Part shown: positions 57,889 through 64,000 of the stretch, one piece after another | How the letters are laid out: every line of letters starts with the position of its first letter | Position numbering within the stretch: the stretch's first letter is position 1 | From: Candidatus Bathyarchaeota archaeon | Lineage (GTDB): Archaea; Thermoproteota; Bathyarchaeia; Bathyarchaeales; Bathycorpusculaceae | DNA: 64,000 nt | Direction of reading: 5' to 3' | Assembly: GCA_963715865.1 (NCBI GenBank) | Contig: OY970280.1 | Span: forward strand, 1,280,001-1,344,000 | Made by a program: the position numbers and the translations under genes | Notes under the pieces: model-generated | The model's database searches: none | The model's input: the letters and a program-made list of their open reading frames with translations, nothing else | What the model was told of the DNA's origin: nothing

Positions 57889-58488
57889 TTAAGTGTTCAT
57901 TTTTAGCCATAGGCTAACATAATGCTGATGGTATTGGAAAAAGTTAACTGTATCGTTGAAAATCCATAGCTCAAAGAATAGATTCCCATTGAAGTCTTTT
58001 CTTTCGGTGTCCCAAGCAATGGTTGTTGTGTTAGCGTTTAACACAGCACCGTTGAGTATAATATTTTGCATATCAAGCTGGTCTGTATTGCTCGCGTCAA
58101 CTTTATACCGAAAGGAAATGTTAATTGGTAATTCTAATGTTTCTTTATCGGCTACAAAAAATGAGATATTGCCTAAGGATGGCTGATTACTGTTGGCGTG
58201 GTTGAAACTGTCTGGTGCTGATTGTGTTTGATTGCGGAATTCCACTTGGATAAGATAATAAGCACACGAGCCTAAACGGTTTCCAATGTCAAGGTATAAG
58301 CGGTAATTATCGCCAGCTGAGACGTTGTAAGGATAAGTAGCATTATGATAAGGACCCAAAAGTGAGAGTTCCGTAAAATACTCCGTTTGAGGAAGCACTA
58401 CAAGTTGCTGAATAGCAGGGGTAGCAACAAATAATGCTGAAACAACGGTCACAACAAGTAAAAGCGTTTTATACTGTTGGAGGCCCAT
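57889..58488 (-). CDS. DUF1616-like membrane-anchored protein
   Basis: N-terminal TM, EYFTELSLLGP..A.YP, LFFELW, C-terminal LWL. Confidence 0.7.
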   Translation of the reverse strand: MGLQQYKTLLLVVTVVSALFVATPAIQQLVVLPQTEYFTELSLLGPYHNATYPYNVSAGDNYRLYLDIGNRLGSCAYYLIQVEFRNQTQSAPDSFNHANSNQPSLGNISFFVADKETLELPINISFRYKVDASNTDQLDMQNIILNGAVLNANTTTIAWDTERKDFNGNLFFELWIFNDTVNFFQYHQHYVSLWLKMNT

Positions 58489-58954
58489 TCAAGTTCTTCC
58501 TGTTTTTTCTATTCAAAACAATCCAAGCAATTGTGCCTACACATAAAATAGCTACAGAACCTATTATCGATAAAACAATGATTGTGAAATTTTGGTTATC
58601 ATTATTGATGGCGGTTTCCTTTAGGGCTGCAGCTTGAGAAATAAAGCCGTTAAGCTTGCTTTTGCTTTGGGTTGCATAACTATAGGCTGAATCATAATCG
58701 TTACTCGCGTAGGCCAATTCAGCTTTAGACAGCAATCCAGCGACATCGTTAAGAGTACCCATTAAAGAATCTACGTTTGCTCCTGCAGCTTCCGATTCTT
58801 TAACAGCATCGTAGCAACCTTTGATGGTGTTTTTTGCTGAAGAAATGGCGGTTTGAGCGCTTTGTTGATCCGCAAAAACTGGAGAAGCAAACGATGCTGT
58901 AGTTATAAAGAGAATCATAATGGCTGCGATAGAAGCCTTGAGATATTTAATCAA
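58469..58954 (-). CDS. Secreted helical-bundle protein with C-terminal TM anchor
   Basis: Signal peptide, Ala-rich amphipathic helices, TM plus basic tail. Confidence 0.7.
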   Translation of the reverse strand: MIKYLKASIAAIMILFITTASFASPVFADQQSAQTAISSAKNTIKGCYDAVKESEAAGANVDSLMGTLNDVAGLLSKAELAYASNDYDSAYSYATQSKSKLNGFISQAAALKETAINNDNQNFTIIVLSIIGSVAILCVGTIAWIVLNRKNRKNLNGPPTV

Positions 58955-58987
58955 AAATTAATTCCGCCAAAATTAAGCATTTTTTGC

Positions 58988-59329
58988 TTAGTGTTGAGCT
59001 GATTGGGTTAGGCTTTGTTTAACTGCGCATAAGTTTTCTAAAACTTTCTTTTTGGTGGAAAAATCATTAAGGCGTTTTTCCATGCTTTTGTTGCATCGGG
59101 AGAATTCTTTGTAAGCATCTAAATATTCTTGCCCTTTATACGTTAATTTGTAGCATTGGTCTTGGTTTTGGAATTTTACAAGGGATGCCTCAATAATTTC
59201 GTTTAGATATCGCTGCAAGACTTTGTAGCTTAAATTAGCTTGGTACATTATCTTAGTTTTTTTGGCGTCTCTACTTGCAACATTAAGGATGTCAGCTATG
59301 ATGTCTAGTCTATCTCTGTAATTACCCAA
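58988..59329 (-). CDS. Winged-helix transcription regulator
   Basis: YRDRLDIIADIL, KTKIMYQANLSY..L.RYL, YKLTYKG. Confidence 0.88.
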   Translation of the reverse strand: MGNYRDRLDIIADILNVASRDAKKTKIMYQANLSYKVLQRYLNEIIEASLVKFQNQDQCYKLTYKGQEYLDAYKEFSRCNKSMEKRLNDFSTKKKVLENLCAVKQSLTQSAQH

Positions 59330-59369
59330 GCTGATTTCCCCTAAAAATCAAATAAAAATTTCTTTACCT

Positions 59370-59762
59370 TTAGATGTGCAGCCAACCTCTGCCGTTTTTC
59401 TTTAATTGTTGCTTTTCCTTCTTTTCTTCAGCGTATAGTTCAGCTAGTTTTTTTCTTTTCGGTTGTTGGTTGTTAATATTATTTTTAACGAATTTTGTCC
59501 ATCCGCCAACATGTGGGTCAGGAGGGATGTATCTTTCAGCATTCAAGATTTCGTATTGTTCTAGGATTTCTTTAAAGTTTAAGGCTTTGAAGTCTCTAGT
59601 TGCATGGATTATTGTGCCCTTGTCGATGAACAATTGATTGTAGTCGTCCACTGCTATGCCTTCGGCTCTAACTTTATCGTCTATTCTTTCGCGCCAGAGC
59701 CTTTTCCATTGAATTTTTAATTCGTCAACTAATCCTTTTTGATCTAGAGACATTGCTAACAA
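59370..59762 (-). CDS. Hypothetical protein heading the glycan operon
   Basis: 130 aa, GGAGG SD; no family recognised. Confidence 0.65.
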   Translation of the reverse strand: MLAMSLDQKGLVDELKIQWKRLWRERIDDKVRAEGIAVDDYNQLFIDKGTIIHATRDFKALNFKEILEQYEILNAERYIPPDPHVGGWTKFVKNNINNQQPKRKKLAELYAEEKKEKQQLKKNGRGWLHI

Positions 59763-60168
59763 ATCCCTCCATGATAGAAGTGGATAAGAAAAAATTTACT
59801 TAGCTTGATAAAACTAGCGTGAGGCTTTTCCTCAACTAATTACTGTCTTAATTGGCTTATTTAAAGTGTAAGGATAAATTGTTCTATTTTTATCTAAAAC
59901 TGGGTCTTTTTTTCTGTATTTTTCTTGATTTTTTGCTGGATTTTGTTATTGTTTGCTATAGAACATTGCGTAATTTTAATAGAAGAATTTTACTTATTAG
60001 TGTCTATTGCGAGGGTGGGGTCGGTTAGAAACCGCTGAGTTCTTGACAGAAATTATGTAAATAATTTAACCCTTAGAAGTCTAATAAAGATTACCCCTTG
60101 CTTACTTGGTTGGCTTGGCTTTGCAATGTTTAAATTCTACTTTAACAATAAATGAAAAGGGATTATTT

Positions 60169-61353
60169 ATGGCAAGCTCAGTTTCTGCTAGAGATGTTTA
60201 TTCAAAAGGGTTTAATACTGTTCAAGAAAGCGATACACTTTCCAGATGTTTAGAAACATTCAAAACAGTTATGCCTCCAGTTTTAGCTATTTTAAATGAC
60301 AAAGGCAAATATGAAGGCATGATTACCAGGCGTTCGATTTTAAGGTCAAGACTTGATCCTGCAACAACTAAAGTTAGAACCTTGATGAAAGTTGCACCAC
60401 CAGTAACTTTTGATTTTTCTCTCAGTAAAATGGCTAAGTTGATGATTGAGAGTGGAATGAGGCAACTTCCGGTTTTTGAGAAAAATAAGCTTTTGGGGTT
60501 TGTTACGGACGAAAATATTATTCATGCAGCTGTAACTGAAGATTGGGGTAACACTGCGATAGAGAAGATTATGACCAGAGCACCCCACACGATTGACGCA
60601 AATCGGTCTGTGGGAGCAGTTCTTAGTTCAATGAGAGAGTATGGTATTTCGCATGTTCCAGTTATGGATAGTGGGAAACTTGTTGGTATAATTAGCATTC
60701 AAGATATTTTGGAGAATATTTATTGGCCTCAAAGGCACCAGACAACAGGAGATATAGTCGGAGAAAAAATTGAAACCTTAAGTGTTCCAGCCAAAGGCAT
60801 AATGGCAAGACCAGTAATTACGGTTGAATCTCAAACGAGCTTGCGCGAAGCAGAGAAAAAGATGCATGATCATGATATTTCCTGTTTAGCAGTTATTTCA
60901 AACGAACGGCTAGTTGGTATCGTGACGAAGCTTGATTTTCTCGAGCCAATCTCCCAGTTAGAAGCTGCTGCTGAGCGGAAAATATCAGTGCAGTTCGGTG
61001 TTAAAGGAGTGGAGATAAACCCTGAGCAACAAGGGTTCATGATGGAAGAATTTGATTCCTTTTCACACAGATACCAAGACGCTTTCCAGTTAGGAACACT
61101 TTTCGTCTACATGAAAAGCCATCGCAACACAAGCCTTCGGGGAACACCGCTGATTCATTGCCGTTTGCAGTTTAGGACGGTGAGGGGAACTTTCTTTAGT
61201 GCAAGTGAAGGTTGGGGTGTTGAACCAACTTTTAGAGTGGCATTAGATAGGCTTGAGAGGAGACTGCTCAGAAGTAAAGAGCTGTTAGCTTACAATCCTA
61301 AATATGCTAAAGATTACTTGCGAAAGATCGGGCTACCTCAAGAAGAAACCTGA
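60169..61353 (+). CDS. Four-CBS-domain protein with C-terminal HPF/RaiA-like domain
   Basis: ATG 60169; CBS motifs RQLPV, SHVPV, SCLAV, VGIVT; C-terminal beta-alpha-beta3-alpha ending SEGWGVEPTFRVALDRLERRL. Confidence 0.8.
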   Translation: MASSVSARDVYSKGFNTVQESDTLSRCLETFKTVMPPVLAILNDKGKYEGMITRRSILRSRLDPATTKVRTLMKVAPPVTFDFSLSKMAKLMIESGMRQLPVFEKNKLLGFVTDENIIHAAVTEDWGNTAIEKIMTRAPHTIDANRSVGAVLSSMREYGISHVPVMDSGKLVGIISIQDILENIYWPQRHQTTGDIVGEKIETLSVPAKGIMARPVITVESQTSLREAEKKMHDHDISCLAVISNERLVGIVTKLDFLEPISQLEAAAERKISVQFGVKGVEINPEQQGFMMEEFDSFSHRYQDAFQLGTLFVYMKSHRNTSLRGTPLIHCRLQFRTVRGTFFSASEGWGVEPTFRVALDRLERRLLRSKELLAYNPKYAKDYLRKIGLPQEET

Positions 61354-61718
61354 TTTTTAGTTACCCTCTTTTTCTTCTAAACGACCAAACAAAAAACCAT
61401 ACAACTCCTGCAGAGTTGCACGTATTAGTTTACACTATTGCGGTTGGAACGCCAATAGTTATGACTATACTCCGCGCGTTAGCATGTTGAAACCATGTAT
61501 CAAAAACCAATAGTTATAACTTTAGCGCCAGGACTGACTTTGACTATACTACCGTAGAACTGCTGGCTGGATTGTTTGAACAAAACTTTTACGCGATCGA
61601 ACAAATCTAGCCTACTCCCCAATTGTCTCGACAAAACAAAAAACCTTTGACTCGACTAATCCACAACGTTCAAGCTTCTAAAGCAAAACATCCCATCCCC
61701 TCTTGAAGAAACGCGTAT

Positions 61719-62006
61719 CTACTTGGGTTTAACTATGTAATCTGCTTCGAAGTTTCTTGGGGTTATCTGCCTTGTCTTTCCAACCTTCAACTCCACTTTA
61801 GCACTTAACGCCTTGAATTGTTGAGCGAAACCTTCAACATAATCCAATACTCCGCAGCCATAGCAGAAGCCTCCAGAAAACGAAACCGTAAGCATCACTG
61901 GCGACAGAAATACAAGTTTGGCTGTGACTTCAGGGCTCCTGAGCCTGTTGTAGAGGAGGATGGCTTTTCTCGCAAGCTCTTCCAGTTCCGGCTGAGACAA
62001 CGACAT
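61719..62006 (-). CDS. Small CxxC protein, Nfu/NifU-C-like
   Basis: LTVSFSGGFCYGCG resembles Nfu V.L.GAC.GC; TTG start adjacent to pyrK stop. Confidence 0.55.
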   Translation of the reverse strand: MSLSQPELEELARKAILLYNRLRSPEVTAKLVFLSPVMLTVSFSGGFCYGCGVLDYVEGFAQQFKALSAKVELKVGKTRQITPRNFEADYIVKPK

Positions 62007-62018
62007 CTTAAACGCCGT

Positions 62019-62837
62019 TTAGAAGGGTATTCTTGAGCCGTCAAAGCCCATTTTTGAAATTCCCAGCTCATCCTTAACTTCTCGTAGCTGTGCAGCCGTG
62101 AAAACTGGGCCATCTCTGCAGACGCGGTATTTGCCAATTACGCAACTTCCACACAAGCCAATGCCGCAGCGCATCAGCCGCTCTAGGCTTGCTTCTATGG
62201 GTAACTTGCGTTGTTCTGTTAACTCAAAAATTTTCTTAACCATGACTTCTGGACCGCAAGTGTAAATCATGTCGAATTTTTCTCTGTCCAAGAGGCTGCT
62301 TAGGGGCTCAGTTACCAAGCACTGCAAGCCATAAGTGCCGTCTTCCGTTGTTGTAATCAAGCTTTTCTCATTACATACTCCGTTAAGCTCTCTGATAAAC
62401 AACAGTTCATCCTTGGTTTTTGCGCCCTCAACAAAGGATAAGCGTTCGGTTTTAGCTGAAAGCTGCTTTGCAAGAAACAGCAAAGGCGCCGTTCCCGTGC
62501 CACCGCCCACCAAAAGGACTCTGCCTCGGCTTTCAGTGAAACTGTTGCCAAAAGGCCCGCGTATGCCTACGGTTTCGCCTGCCGCCATGCTATGCAAATG
62601 CCTAGTTGCGTCGCCAACTTGCTTAACTGAAACAGAAACCAACCCGTTGCTGGTGTCCATTATGCTTAATGGGATTTCGTCCACACCAGGAATCCAAAGC
62701 ATCAGGAATTGTCCCGGTTTAGCTTTTGAGCATAGTCTGTCTGGAATGATGAAGGTTTTAACGGTTGGACTCTCGGTTCTAACTTGCACGATTTCTGTAG
62801 TTCTAAGCGTGTTAGCTGCGATGAGCGAGGCCGACAA
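62019..62837 (-). CDS. pyrK: Dihydroorotate dehydrogenase electron-transfer subunit
   Basis: PGQFLMLW, RGPFGN, GGGTGTAP, CGPE, MRCGIGLCGSC, CRDGPVF. Confidence 0.95.
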   Translation of the reverse strand: MSASLIAANTLRTTEIVQVRTESPTVKTFIIPDRLCSKAKPGQFLMLWIPGVDEIPLSIMDTSNGLVSVSVKQVGDATRHLHSMAAGETVGIRGPFGNSFTESRGRVLLVGGGTGTAPLLFLAKQLSAKTERLSFVEGAKTKDELLFIRELNGVCNEKSLITTTEDGTYGLQCLVTEPLSSLLDREKFDMIYTCGPEVMVKKIFELTEQRKLPIEASLERLMRCGIGLCGSCVIGKYRVCRDGPVFTAAQLREVKDELGISKMGFDGSRIPF

Positions 62838-63736
62838 TTTCTTTTACACTCCTATAATGTTTCTTTCTCATGTAAACTTCTACTCCTTTAGTTATGGCTT
62901 GGAAAACCTCCGTGTCCTCCAACGCGATGGCAGTGCCAATTTGAACCGCTGAAGCACCAGCCAAGAAAAACTCAACAGCATCACGCCAATCCAGTTATTC
63001 CGCCACAGCCTATCAGTGGCACGTCGGGCAGTTCCTCGCGAATGTCATATACGCATCGTAGGGCTACTGGCTTGACGGCTGGACCAGATAAGCCGCCTTT
63101 TATGTTGCTTAAAATTGGACGCCCAGTTTCAACGTCAATCGCCATTGCTTTAAGCGTATTCACAGCGGTTAAAGCGTCTGCTCCAGCCTCAACGGCTGCC
63201 TTGGCTGTCACAGTTATATCTGCAACGTTTGGTGAAAGCTTCACGATTATGGGTTTGCCGACTGCTGCCTTCACTTTTTCAACGACTTCAGCGAGGAGTT
63301 TTGGGTTTTGACCGATTTCTGCGCCAGTCTGCTTTACATGCGGGCAGGAAACGTTTAGTTCCACGGCGTCAGCGCCTGCCTCAACGGCTTTTTTGGCAAC
63401 TGTTGCGTATTCATCTGCTGAGTAACCAAACACGCTTACTATGAGTGGAACGCGTAGAACTGTTTTGGAGAATTTTATTTCTTCAGCGTACAAGTCGATG
63501 CCAGGGTTTGGAAGACCCATAGCGTTTATTAATCCAGCCTCTGCTTGAACCACTGTTGGATTCGCATAGCCAACTCTAGGTTCTATGCCGATGGATTTTG
63601 TGACTACTGCTCCTGCGCCGCCCTTGGCTACGCGGTTTAAGGATTCTGCTGAGTAGCCCAATATTCCAGATGCTAGAATAGTTGGGTTTTTCAGTTCCAA
63701 GCCTGCTAAGCTTGTACTTAACGGATTGCTTTCCAA
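62812..63736 (-). pseudogene. pyrD: Dihydroorotate dehydrogenase catalytic subunit with a +1 frameshift near 62991
   Basis: LASG, TKS, NAMGLPN, ELNVSCP, KLSP, GGLSG; frame breaks at GGIT-G; next frame gives DWRDAVEFFLAGASAVQIGTA...IVGLAH to stop 62812; span is 3x308+1. Confidence 0.9.
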
Positions 63737-63943
63737 ACAAATTCACCCGTTCAATCTAGTTTATTACTTTTAAAAAGATAAAGCTTCTTTTAAGGCAAAT
63801 TATTTCAACCGGCAAAAAAGAGGCTAAAATGCTTTTTTGAATAGTTATAACGCTTTTTATGTTTACTTTGTCATGCTGTTGAAGGAAATGAGTATTTTCT
63901 TGTGAAAAAAGAAAATGAGGGTATAGGCAAACTTTGTAGCGCC

Positions 63944-64000
63944 TTATTTCTTCTTTTTACCCTTTTTCTCAACCTTTTTAGGAGCCTTAGCCACTCTAAT
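63944..64000 (-). CDS. 3' end of a gene with a Lys-rich C-terminus (truncated by window end)
   Basis: ...IRVAKAPKKVEKKGKKKK-stop. Confidence 0.5.
   Translation of the reverse strand: MRVAKAPKKVEKKGKKKK

Noticed and set aside
20-63444. Numerous antisense or overlapping ORF-track entries (e.g. 2017..2316, 10316..10834, 33808..34182, 54875..55495, 62335..62952)
   Set aside because: Shadow frames of well-supported genes, with no independent motifs
1-64000. Integrase, transposase, cas, rRNA, SRP or RNase P RNA genes
   Set aside because: No diagnostic motifs found by eye; an Rfam/HMM scan would be needed to exclude them fully

Overview
Archaeal chromosomal window, most likely Bathyarchaeia (inference from the gene mix: eL22, HdrA-MvhD fusion, FwdF-like polyferredoxin, wHTH/DUF1616-headed glycan locus). 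1-30 kb is a housekeeping mosaic: partial pheS, rps12-rps7, DRG GTPase, PAS histidine kinase, ino1, pgi/pmi, SPOUT methylase, presenilin-like protease, stalk P1, SelB/EF-Tu-like protein, DUF763, LipS1-like radical SAM, SPFH, nitroreductase, eL22, ABC exporter, hdrA-mvhD. It also holds three tRNAs (Ala-GGC, Ile-GAU, Arg-UCG), a box C/D sRNA predicted to guide 16S Cm1402, and four Cys-rich micro-ORFs missed by the ORF track, two of which are paralogues. A roughly 320-bp islet bracketed by a tRNA-Arg 3' repeat carries a 96-nt hairpin RNA candidate. 30.7-59.8 kb is a surface-glycan/exopolysaccharide locus: flippase, two tandem GH5 hydrolases, five GT4, one GT2, CE4 and PIG-L deacetylases, WbqC, three DegT aminotransferases, a WbpB/E/D-like trio, a TMK-like kinase plus nucleotidyltransferase pair, a frameshifted membrane protein and a chimeric deletion scar. 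The end holds a CBS+HPF-like protein and pyrD (frameshifted)-pyrK. No CRISPR array, integrase, transposase or rRNA was seen. All family assignments come from motif recognition by eye, not database searches.
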